Origin: Solirubrobacteraceae bacterium
GTDB lineage: Bacteria > Actinomycetota > Thermoleophilia > Solirubrobacterales > Solirubrobacteraceae
DNA length: 64,000 nucleotides
NCBI GenBank assembly: GCA_034664425.1
Contig: JAXDHR010000075.1
Coordinates: forward strand, 3,362-67,361
Direction of reading: 5' to 3'
The notes under the pieces were generated by a model, which saw only the letters and a list, made by a program, of their open reading frames with translations, searched no databases and had not been told where the DNA came from. The position numbers and the translations under genes are program-made. The stretch's first letter is position 1, and each line of letters begins with the position of its first letter. Of this stretch, positions 54,273-62,363 are shown in pieces.

Positions 54273-55131
54273 GCAGCGCCCGCGCCGTCCCGTCCGCGAA
54301 GCCCGCCGCCTTCGCCGCCGCCAGGCGCGCGTGCAGCCGCGAGGGGCGCCGCAGCGCGTCGGCGAGCGCGTCCGCGACGTCGACCAGCCCGATCGACAGC
54401 AGCCGCGCGCCGTCGACTGCCGCGCCGGTGCGCAGGGTCTTGACCGCGAAGCCGCACCAGGCCGCGAGGTAGCCGCGGTGCAGCGCCGGCAGCTCGTCCG
54501 CACGGCGCCACTGGTCGTGCACCGCGCGCGGGCGTGGCGTGACCCAGGCCGCGCCGCCGGACCGCAGCACGCGGTAGTTGAAGTCCATGTCGTCGGCGGC
54601 CGGGAAGTCGGGTGCGCCCGGCCCGAGCCGCTCGTCCCAGCCGCCGAGCCGCTCGGCGACGTCGCGCCGGACGACGCAGCAGACACCGAAGCCGAGCCGC
54701 GCGGGATGCGTCCGCCGGCCGCGGCGCAGCGCCGCCCGCGCGACGGGGAACGTCGTCACCTCGAGGTAGTCGCCGCCCGGCAGCGGGCCGGCGTCGACGC
54801 GCGGGCAGATCATCGCGACGTCCGGATGGGCGGCGATCTCCTCGCGCAGCGCCGCGCCCCAGCCCGGCTGCGGGCGGCAGTCGTCGTCCACGAACGCCAG
54901 CCACGCCGCGGGCGTGCGCGCCAGCGCGAGGTTGCGCGCCCGCGAGAGCCCGCGCCCGCCGTCGCGGATCACCGTCACGCCGTCCTGTGCCGCGAGCGGC
55001 TCCGCGCTCTGATCGACGACGACGAGCTCGTCGATCGCGGCGCGCTCGCACTGCAGGGCGTCGAGCGTGTGGGCGAGCTGCCGCGGGCGGTCGCGCGTGC
55101 AGACGATCACCGCGAGCGTCGGGGCATCCAT
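54259..55131 (-). CDS. GT2 (GT-A) glycosyltransferase
   Basis: 290 aa from the in-frame ATG at 55131. LAVIVCTRDRP, RGLSRARNLAL and AFVDDDC (DxD) are present. Confidence 0.8.
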   Translation of the reverse strand: MDAPTLAVIVCTRDRPRQLAHTLDALQCERAAIDELVVVDQSAEPLAAQDGVTVIRDGGRGLSRARNLALARTPAAWLAFVDDDCRPQPGWGAALREEIAAHPDVAMICPRVDAGPLPGGDYLEVTTFPVARAALRRGRRTHPARLGFGVCCVVRRDVAERLGGWDERLGPGAPDFPAADDMDFNYRVLRSGGAAWVTPRPRAVHDQWRRADELPALHRGYLAAWCGFAVKTLRTGAAVDGARLLSIGLVDVADALADALRRPSRLHARLAAAKAAGFADGTARALLRRW

Positions 55132-55216
55132 CGCGGCGGATGGTACGGGCAGCCGTACCGGACCGGACCGGACGCCCGTAGCCCGCCGATCGGCGCGCAG
55201 GCTAGGGTCAGGCGGC

Positions 55217-56512
55217 GTGACCGCCACGACCGTGGTGCCCGAGGCCGACGGCGGCCGGCCCCTGAGCCTGCGGCGCGTGTTCGGCGTCCCGTTCCGGGCC
55301 GCGACGTGGCGCCACGTCGTCTACGAGCTGCTCGCGCTCCCGCTCGGCATCGCCTACTTCACGATCCTCGTCACCGGCGTCTCCGTCGGCGCCGGGCTCG
55401 CGGTGGTGATCGTCGGCCTCGGCATCCTCGCCCTGACCGTCGTCGCCTGGCGGATCATGGCCGGCGTCGAGCGCGGGCTGGCGCGCCGTCTGCTGCACGT
55501 GACGATCCCGCCGCCCGCGCACATGGCGCCCGGACTGAGCCCGTGGACGCGCGTCAAGTCTGTGCTGCGCGACCCGGTGACGTGGAAGAGCCTCGTCTTC
55601 GTCGTGGTCAAGTTCCCGCTCGGCGTGATCTCGTTCTCGCTGTTCGCCGCGCTCTGGTTCGTGGGCTGCGTCCTGGCGTTCGCGCCGGGGATCGTCGCCC
55701 TCACCCCGGTCACGTTCTTCGGATGGATCATGCAGACGCCCGCGGAGGCGATCCCGATCGCCCCGGCGGGGGTGGCGATCCTGCTCGCGACGCTGCACAT
55801 CGCCAACGGGATGGCCTGGCTGTGGGGGCTGTTCGCCCGCGAGATGCTCGGGCCGAGCACCGTCCAGCTGCGCGAGCGTGTGGATGATCTGCGCTACTCG
55901 CGCGCCCGCATCATCGAGGCCGCCGACGCCGAGCGGCGGCGGCTCGAGCGCGACCTGCACGACGGCGCGCAGCAGCGGCTCGTCGCGCTCACGCTGACGC
56001 TCGGGCTCGCCGAGAGCCGGCTCAAGAAGGCCGACGCGGAGGCGGCGGCGCCGCTCGTCGCCCAGGCGCGCGAGGAGGCGATGCTCGCCGTCCAGGAGCT
56101 GCGCGAGCTGGCGCGCGGCATCCACCCCGCCGTGCTCAGCGACCGCGGGCTCGCCGCTGCGCTCGAGGCGCTCGCCGGCCGCGCGCCGATCCCCGTGACC
56201 GTCTCCGGCGTGCCCGAGGACCGGCTGCCGCCGCCGGTCGAGGCCGCCGCCTACTTCGTCGTCGCCGAGTCGCTGACCAACGTCGCCCAATACGCGCAGG
56301 CGAGCGCCGCTCGGGTGACGCTCGACAGCGCGCCGCAGATCGTCCGCGTCGCGATCGCCGACGACGGCGTGGGAGGCGCCGACCCGTCGGCGGGCTCCGG
56401 CATCCGCGGCCTGCGCGACCGGGTCGAGGCACTCGACGGCCGCCTCGAGGTCAGCTCGCCCCCGGGCGGCGGCACGACGGTCACCGCCGAGCTGCCGGTG
56501 CACGGGCGATGA
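55217..56512 (+). CDS. Sensor histidine kinase (HisKA_3/NarL-class) with polytopic N-terminal sensor domain; no cognate response regulator adjacent
   Basis: 431 aa from the GTG at 55217. About 6 TM, H-box ERRRLERDLHDGAQQRL, N/G boxes VVAESLTNVAQYA and DDGVGGAD..GSGIRGLRDRV. Confidence 0.85.
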   Translation: MTATTVVPEADGGRPLSLRRVFGVPFRAATWRHVVYELLALPLGIAYFTILVTGVSVGAGLAVVIVGLGILALTVVAWRIMAGVERGLARRLLHVTIPPPAHMAPGLSPWTRVKSVLRDPVTWKSLVFVVVKFPLGVISFSLFAALWFVGCVLAFAPGIVALTPVTFFGWIMQTPAEAIPIAPAGVAILLATLHIANGMAWLWGLFAREMLGPSTVQLRERVDDLRYSRARIIEAADAERRRLERDLHDGAQQRLVALTLTLGLAESRLKKADAEAAAPLVAQAREEAMLAVQELRELARGIHPAVLSDRGLAAALEALAGRAPIPVTVSGVPEDRLPPPVEAAAYFVVAESLTNVAQYAQASAARVTLDSAPQIVRVAIADDGVGGADPSAGSGIRGLRDRVEALDGRLEVSSPPGGGTTVTAELPVHGR

Positions 56513-57159
56513 GGCCGCGCGCCGCGCCGCCGGTCCTCGCGCTCGCAGCGCTGGCGCTCGCCGGCTGCGGCGCCGGGCCGACGGTCGCCCGCTCGCGGCC
56601 GCTGGGCGAGAGCGTGCGCTCGCTGCAGATCTCCTCGCGCGTCGACGTGCGCGTTCGCCACGGCGCGCAGCCCGCCGTGACGGTCCGCGCGGGACGCGAC
56701 GTGATCGATCGCGTGGTGACACGGACCGAGGGCGACGTGCTGCGCGTCGCGATCCGCGACCGCGGCATCGTGATCGGCGCCGACCCGCTCAAGCATGTCA
56801 CGGTCGACGTCACGCTTCCGCGCCTCGACGACGTCCTCGTCGACGGCTCGGCGGACGTCGACCTCGGCGGGATGCGCGCCCGCACCCTGACGTTCCGAGT
56901 CCGCGGCGCCGGCAGCCTGCACGCCCGCGGCCGGGTGGGCCGCCTGGTGACGGACATCCGGGGCGCCGCCGACGCCCGGCTGACCCGCCTCTACGCCCGC
57001 ACCGCGCGCATCTCGGTGGAGGGCGCCGGCGGAGTCGACGTCGCAGTCTCCAAGCGGCTCTCGGTGTTCGTGCGCGGCGCGGGTGACATCACCTACCACG
57101 GGGCTCCCGCGGTCACGAAGGACATCAGCGGGCCTGGCACGGTCCGGCACGCCGGTTAA
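56509..57159 (+). CDS. Lipoprotein with DUF2807-like (adhesin head/GIN-type beta-helix) domain
   Basis: 216 aa. Lipobox LALAGC. Repeated beta-strand pattern (VDVRVRHG.., VTVDVTLP.., VDGSADVDL.., RVRGAGSLHA.., VEGAGGVDV.., VRGAGDITY). ATGA overlap with the kinase gene. Confidence 0.65.
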   Translation: MRPRAAPPVLALAALALAGCGAGPTVARSRPLGESVRSLQISSRVDVRVRHGAQPAVTVRAGRDVIDRVVTRTEGDVLRVAIRDRGIVIGADPLKHVTVDVTLPRLDDVLVDGSADVDLGGMRARTLTFRVRGAGSLHARGRVGRLVTDIRGAADARLTRLYARTARISVEGAGGVDVAVSKRLSVFVRGAGDITYHGAPAVTKDISGPGTVRHAG

Positions 57160-57164
57160 CGAGC

Positions 57165-57192
57165 GCGACCCGAGCCGGGTGGCTCGGGTCGC
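57165..57192. terminator. Bidirectional terminator hairpin between convergent genes
   Basis: GCGACCCGAGCC-gggt-GGCTCGGGTCGC forms a 12-bp perfect stem in the 62-nt gap between the stops at 57159 and 57222. Confidence 0.65.
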
Positions 57193-57221
57193 GTTGAGGG
57201 ATGCGACGCCCTCGGAGGTGA

Positions 57222-58124
57222 CTAGGCGGCCTCGCGCAGCGCGATCAGGTCAGCGCGCTGGGAGAGGCGGCGCAGGGCGCGCTCCTCGATCTGGCGGGCC
57301 CGCTCGGTCGAGACGCCGAGCTTGCGGCCGGCCTGGGAGAGCGTCTGCGGCTCCTGGTCGCCGGCGCCGAAGCGCATCTCGATCACGTTGCGCTCCTGCT
57401 CGGGCAGGTCCGCGATCGCGTCCAGCAGGGTCTGCGAGCTGATCGCCTCGTGGACCTCCTCGTCCACGGGCGCCGTCTCGATCGCCAGCAGGTCGCCGAA
57501 GGAGGTGTCGCCCTCATCGCCGACCGGCTTGTCGAGGCTGACGACGGCGCGATCCGCCTTGCGGATCTCGATGACGTCGGCCAGCGGCAGGTCGGCCGCG
57601 TGGGCGATCTCCTCGTCGGAGGGTTCGTGCCCCAGCTTGGTGGTGAGCTCTCGCTCGATGCGCCCGACCTTGCGGGAACGCTGCGCCACGTGGACGGGCA
57701 GGCGAATCGTGCGGCTGGTGTTCTCCAGGCCGCGCTGGATCGCCTGACGGATCCACAGGGTCGCGTAGGTCGAGAAGCGGAAGCCCTTGCGCCAGTCGAA
57801 CTTCTCGACGGCACGGATGAGGCCCAGCATCCCCTCCTGGATCAGGTCGCCGAGCGCGAGGCCCTGGCCCTGATAGCGCCGCGCGTTGGCGACGACCAGT
57901 CGGAGGTTGGAGTTGATCATCCGGTCCTTGGCGGCAAGGTCGCCCTTCTCGATCCGCTTGGCCAGCTCGATCTCCTCGCTCGGGCGTAGGAGCGGGTAGC
58001 GGCCGGCCTCGCGCAGCAGGAGCTGCAGCGAATCCAGGGTCGGGTCGACATCGTGCTCCGGCTCGGTCCGGGGGCGCGGGATGTCGGTGAAGGTGCTCGT
58101 TTTGGGTGCCTCTTTCAGTTTCAA
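57222..58124 (-). CDS. RNA polymerase sigma-70 family factor, group-2-like (regions 1.2-4, no long region 1.1)
   Basis: 300 aa. [11 protein letters not shown] (1.2), [36 protein letters not shown]-type region 2, region 3, and region 4 [20 protein letters not shown]. TTG start at 58124 as in the track. Confidence 0.9.
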   Translation of the reverse strand: [300 protein letters not shown]

Positions 58125-58144
58125 TCCAGACTCGTCCAGTACGA

Positions 58145-58173
58145 ATTATAGGGGGAATCGGTTGTTGGCGCAA
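58145..58173 (-). promoter_or_regulatory. Sigma-70-type promoter of the sigma factor gene (-35 TTGCGC, 17 nt, -10 TATAAT)
   Basis: The minus strand reads ggTTGCGCcaacaaccgattcccccTATAATtcgtactg. The predicted TSS is ~58138, about 14 nt before the TTG start. Confidence 0.6.
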
Positions 58174-58419
58174 CCATCCCTTCTCACCTGGCTACGAGGC
58201 CCGGCGAGCCCCCGCGCTGGCCCGTAGTAGGCCTGCATGTCCGGGGAGAATCGAACGGCTGGCCCGAAGGGCCTCCCTGGTCTACGGCTACGCTGTGGGG
58301 AGCCGCCGCAGATCAGGCTGGGTGCCCAGCGGGCACCTGCACGCACAAGACACAACGCCGCTGACGATGCATGGTTACGCCGATGGTGCCCAGCCATGCA
58401 TCTTTTAGGCGCGGCTGAT

Positions 58420-58448
58420 GAAAACCCTTCGTCTCATGTGACAGACGA
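58420..58448 (-). terminator. Candidate intrinsic terminator after the GT4 gene
   Basis: The minus strand reads TCGTCU-gucacaug-AGACGA followed by AGGGUUUUC, beginning 7 nt after the stop at 58455. The stem is short (6 bp). Confidence 0.4.
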
Positions 58449-58454
58449 CACAGG

Positions 58455-59609
58455 TCAGCCCGTCCGCCGCAGCAGTCCCGCCGCCGCCGCCCGGCCGTCC
58501 GGACGCGGCGGCCGCTCGGCGAGGACCGCCTCGGCGACGATCGCGCGCAGCGACGCCTGGAAGCGCTCGGTCCCGAAGCGCTCGGCGGCGGCGAGGCAGG
58601 CCGCCGGATCGACCTGCATCGCGTCGAAGCTCTCGACGACCGCTGCCAGCGACTGCGGGGTGCTCTCGGCGTAGTAGGCGCCCGTCTCCCCTTCGACGAC
58701 GCTCTCGAGCACGCCGCCCGATCCCAGTGCGATCACCGGGCGCCCCGACGCGAGCGCCTCCACCGCAGCGATGCCGAACTCCTCCGCCGCGGTCACGACG
58801 AGTGCACGCGCCGTCCGCAGGAGGTCGGCGACGCGCGCGTCGCTCGCGCGGCCGGTGAAGGTGACGTTCGATCCCGCGATCCGGCGCAGGCGGCGCGCCT
58901 CGGGGCCGTCGCCGACGACGACGAGCGAGCGCCCGAGCGCGTTGAACGCGCGCACGGCGACGTCGATGCGCTTGTGCGCCATGAGCTCGGCGAGCACGAG
59001 GTAGTGCTCGCCGATCGCCTCGGCGGGCGCCGTCGTGAACCGGCTCAGCTCGACCGGCGGGTGCAGGACCGTCGCGTCGCGCCCGAGGTAGCGGCGCACG
59101 CGCGCGGCGGTCAGCTCGGAGTTGGCCACGTAGCGGTCGACGCGCTGAGCGGCGATCCAGTCCCACTGGCGCCAGCGGTTGAGCAGCAGCCGCAGCGCAG
59201 GGCGCGCGAGCGCCGAGCGGGCGGCCAGCGTCGCCTCGCGCTCGGACCAGGCGTAGCGGAACGGGTTGTGGCAATAGCAGACGTGGACCGCGCCCGGGTC
59301 GACCAGCACGCCGTGCGCCCACGCGCTCGAGGACGAGACGACGACGTCGTAGCCGCTCAGGTCGAGCGACTCGATCGCGTGCGGGTAGAACGGCAGCAGC
59401 GGCCGGAAGGTACGCGCTGTGGGATGCATGCGCTGCAGGAACGAGGTGCGCGGCCGGCGGCGCGCGAAGCGCCCCTCCGTTCCCTTCTCGTCGTAGACCG
59501 CGGTGTAGACGTCGGCCTCCGGCCAGGTGTCGCAGATCGCGGCGAAGACCCGCTCGGCCCCGCGCAGATCGAGCAGGAAGTCGTGGACGAGGGCGATCCT
59601 GGGGGCCAT
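58455..59609 (-). CDS. GT4 (GT-B) glycosyltransferase
   Basis: 384 aa from the in-frame ATG at 59609. MAPRIALVHDFLLDLRGAERV and EEFGIAAVEALASGRPVIALGSGGVLESVVEGETG are present. Confidence 0.85.
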   Translation of the reverse strand: MAPRIALVHDFLLDLRGAERVFAAICDTWPEADVYTAVYDEKGTEGRFARRRPRTSFLQRMHPTARTFRPLLPFYPHAIESLDLSGYDVVVSSSSAWAHGVLVDPGAVHVCYCHNPFRYAWSEREATLAARSALARPALRLLLNRWRQWDWIAAQRVDRYVANSELTAARVRRYLGRDATVLHPPVELSRFTTAPAEAIGEHYLVLAELMAHKRIDVAVRAFNALGRSLVVVGDGPEARRLRRIAGSNVTFTGRASDARVADLLRTARALVVTAAEEFGIAAVEALASGRPVIALGSGGVLESVVEGETGAYYAESTPQSLAAVVESFDAMQVDPAACLAAAERFGTERFQASLRAIVAEAVLAERPPRPDGRAAAAGLLRRTG

Positions 59610-59650
59610 GGCGGTCCGCGAGTCTAAGGAACCGTGGAGGCGGAATCCAT

Positions 59651-60721
59651 TCACGCGTTCCAGCCCGCGACCTCGGACACGACGGCGTCGACGCCGCGCG
59701 CCGTCGCGTCCCAGCTGAACCGGCGGGCGCGCGCCAGGCCCGCTTCGCGCAGGCGCTCGCGCTCGCCGGGATCACCGAGCAGCGCCAGCAGCGCCGCGGC
59801 GATCGGCTCGCCCTGGGGCGCGGCGAGCCGGGCCGCGCCGCCCGCCGTGTCGGGCAGCGCGGTGACCTCCGCGGCGACCACCGGGACGCCGGACGCCATC
59901 GCCTCGATCACCGGCAGCCCGAAACCCTCGTAGACCGACGGGAGGACGAAGGCGAGCGCCCCCGCGTAGAGGCCCGGGAGCAGCGCGTCGTCCACGCTGC
60001 CGAGCATCCGCAGCGCGTCGAGCCCCGTCTCGCGGGCGAACTGCGGGCGGTGGCCGCCTGCGACGACGACCTCGATGCCCTGTGCCGCGAGCGCGCGGGC
60101 CGCCGGTACGAGCGCCGTGAGGTTCTTGCGCGCCGTGTGCGACGCGACGCAGAGCACGTACGGGCCTGCGAGGCGAAGCACCGCGCGCGCCGCGGCGGCG
60201 TCGGCGTCGGGCGTGAAGCGCGCATCGACGCCGCCGGCCACGACGGCGACCTTCTCCGGCGCCAGCCCGAGCAGGTCCTCGAGCTCGGAACGCGAGAACT
60301 GCGACACGGTGATCACGCGCGCGGCCCGGCGCGCGAGCAGCGGCATGAGCGCCCGATGGTAGGCGACATAGGCTGGCGCGTACCAGTCCGGGTGGCGCAG
60401 CGCCGCGGCGTCGTGCAGCACCAGCACGGTGCGCCGCGCGGCGATCGGCGCGAGGTTCGCCGGGCACAGGAGCGCACCAGCGCGAGCGCGCCGCGCGCGG
60501 GCGGGCAGCACGAGCTGCTCCCAGGCGTGACCGGCGCGGTGGACCAGCGCCGCGGGAGGCGCGATCACCGCGTATCCCCCAGGGCGCAGCGCGGGCAGGC
60601 GGACGGCCAGCTCGCGGGCCCACCGCTCGACGCCGCCGAGCTCCGGCCGAACGGCCGCGCGTGCGTCGATGAGCGCCGGGCGCTGGGAAGTGACGCGTCG
60701 AGCAGTCAGCGCGGGCACCAT
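59651..60721 (-). CDS. GT4 (GT-B) glycosyltransferase
   Basis: ELGGVERWARELA and YEGFGLPVIEAMASGVPVVAAEVTALPDTAG are present. The start is either the ATG at 60721 or the GTG at 60757 (track). Confidence 0.8.
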   Translation of the reverse strand: MVPALTARRVTSQRPALIDARAAVRPELGGVERWARELAVRLPALRPGGYAVIAPPAALVHRAGHAWEQLVLPARARRARAGALLCPANLAPIAARRTVLVLHDAAALRHPDWYAPAYVAYHRALMPLLARRAARVITVSQFSRSELEDLLGLAPEKVAVVAGGVDARFTPDADAAAARAVLRLAGPYVLCVASHTARKNLTALVPAARALAAQGIEVVVAGGHRPQFARETGLDALRMLGSVDDALLPGLYAGALAFVLPSVYEGFGLPVIEAMASGVPVVAAEVTALPDTAGGAARLAAPQGEPIAAALLALLGDPGERERLREAGLARARRFSWDATARGVDAVVSEVAGWNA

Positions 60722-60813
60722 AGCCGTGCGCTTTGATTGGACGTCGTGCCGCTCCACCCGATCCGCCCGTGAGGCGTGCCCTGCTGCGCCGGCGCTCGCC
60801 GGACGTAACCGGC

Positions 60814-61386
60814 ATGCGCTCGTTCGAGCTCGAACCGGCCGATCCCCCGGCCGGGGCGCGGGTGCGCCTGCGCGTGCTCGAGCGCGGCGACAGCGAGGCC
60901 TTCCTCGAGCTCGCGCGCGAGTCGCGCCAGCTGCATCGCCCGTGGACGTACCCGCCCGAGCGCTCCGACCAGTTCGAGGAGCTCTATGCGCGCTCGCGCC
61001 GCGACGACTTCGTCTGCCTGGTGGCCCGGCTCGTCGAGACGGACGCGATCGCCGGCGTGTTCACCGTCTCGCAGATCTTCCGGGGGGCCTTCCAGTCGGC
61101 CTATCTCGGCTACTACGCCGACGCGCGCCACGCTCGCCACGGCTACATGCGCGAGGCGCTCGCCCAGGTCGTCGACCATGCCTTCGGGCCGCTCGCGCTG
61201 CACCGGATCGAGGCGAACATCCAGCCCGGCAACCAGCCGTCGATCGCGCTGGCCCGCGGGGCCGGCTTCCGCCTGGAGGGCTTCTCCCCGCGCTACCTGC
61301 TGATCGGCGGCCAGTGGCGCGACCACGAGCGCTACGCGCTCACAGTTGAGGACCGGGAAGCGCAGCTGCGCGACAGCGATCGCTGA
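60814..61386 (+). CDS. GNAT family N-acetyltransferase (RimJ/RimL-like)
   Basis: 190 aa from the in-frame ATG at 60814. LRVLERGDSEAF, GYMREALAQVVDHAF.., LHRIEANIQPGNQPSIALARGAGFRLEG are present. Confidence 0.85.
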   Translation: MRSFELEPADPPAGARVRLRVLERGDSEAFLELARESRQLHRPWTYPPERSDQFEELYARSRRDDFVCLVARLVETDAIAGVFTVSQIFRGAFQSAYLGYYADARHARHGYMREALAQVVDHAFGPLALHRIEANIQPGNQPSIALARGAGFRLEGFSPRYLLIGGQWRDHERYALTVEDREAQLRDSDR

Positions 61387-61429
61387 CGGTCCACAGGGCG
61401 ACGGGCCGGCGAACTCCGCCCGCCGGAGG

Positions 61430-61453
61430 TCCGAGCGCGGACATCCGCTCGGA
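61430..61453 (+). terminator. Hairpin in the convergent gap between the GNAT and UDG genes
   Basis: TCCGAGCG-cggacatc-CGCTCGGA forms an 8-bp perfect stem. A UUUCU run follows 13 nt later on the plus strand. Confidence 0.35.
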
Positions 61454-61479
61454 TGCGGGGACGACGTTTCTCCGAGGGC

Positions 61480-62202
61480 TCAGAACAGGCCGAGCTGGGC
61501 CGGCTCGGGCTCGAGCGCCGGCTCGGGCTCTGGGAGCGCCTCGGGCTCCGGCGCCGCAGCGGCCTGCTCCTCGACCACCACCGGCTCGACCTCCTCCGGC
61601 GCGGGCTGCGCGGGCGTCGGCAGCGCGAGCAGCTCGGGCAGCCGCGCGAAGTCGCCGCGCAGGGTCTCGAGCATCGAGGGCGTGTAGAGCGCCGCCGCGG
61701 GGTGGTAGATCGGGTACAGCCGGACGGTACGCGGTCCGATGCGGCGGACCTCCTCGCGGCCGTGAAGGCGCGTGATGCCCGTCTGATCGGCGCGCAGCAG
61801 CTTGGTGGCGAAGTTGCCGAGTGTGCAGACCACGCGCGGCTGGATCAGCTCGAGCGTCCGGAAGAGGTACTCCTGGCAGCTGTCGATCTCCGACGGCAGC
61901 GGATCGCGGTTCTGGGGCGGACGGCAGCGCAGGACGTTCGTGACGAACACCTCCGCGCGTGCCAGCCCGATCTCGCCGAGCAGCGTGTCGAGCAGCTGCC
62001 CGGCCTGGCCGACGAACGGGACGCCCTGCTCGTCCTCGCGGGCGCCGGGCGCCTCGCCGACGAACATGAGATCGGCATCCGCGTTGCCCGAGCCGAAGAC
62101 GACGGTCTTGCGGGTCGCGGCCAGCTGCGGACAGCGGGTGCACCCTGACGCCTGCTGCCAGACGGCCTTGAGCTCCTCGCGCCGGTCGGCTGCGCTGCTC
62201 AT
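61480..62202 (-). CDS. Uracil-DNA glycosylase, family 4 (4Fe-4S), with Pro/Glu-rich C-terminal tail
   Basis: 240 aa from the in-frame ATG at 62202. CTRCPQL, GEAPGAREDEQGVPFVGQAGQLL, TNVLRCRPP and HPAAALY are present. Tail PAPEEVEPVVVEEQAAAAPEPEALPEPEPALEPEPAQ. Confidence 0.9.
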   Translation of the reverse strand: MSSAADRREELKAVWQQASGCTRCPQLAATRKTVVFGSGNADADLMFVGEAPGAREDEQGVPFVGQAGQLLDTLLGEIGLARAEVFVTNVLRCRPPQNRDPLPSEIDSCQEYLFRTLELIQPRVVCTLGNFATKLLRADQTGITRLHGREEVRRIGPRTVRLYPIYHPAAALYTPSMLETLRGDFARLPELLALPTPAQPAPEEVEPVVVEEQAAAAPEPEALPEPEPALEPEPAQLGLF

Positions 62203-62363
62203 CGTCCCGACTGTAGTACCGGCCCCGGCGGCCACGAACGCCCTGCCGCCGCGACGCCGCAATCTCCGGGCTATCCTCCGTGACAGGTGGCCGCGACCCG
62301 TCCCGGGCGCGGACCGTTCCGACGCAGAGTTCTCCCCTTCCTCCCTTCCGCAGCCGGTATCTC

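Noticed and set aside
58243-58258. GTTCGATTC (minus strand), resembling a tRNA or tmRNA T-loop, in the sigma-gene upstream region.
   Set aside because: The flanking bases do not form a T-stem (AGCCG versus CUCCC). No acceptor, D or anticodon arms can be drawn. The gap is too short for tmRNA and has no tag-peptide ORF.
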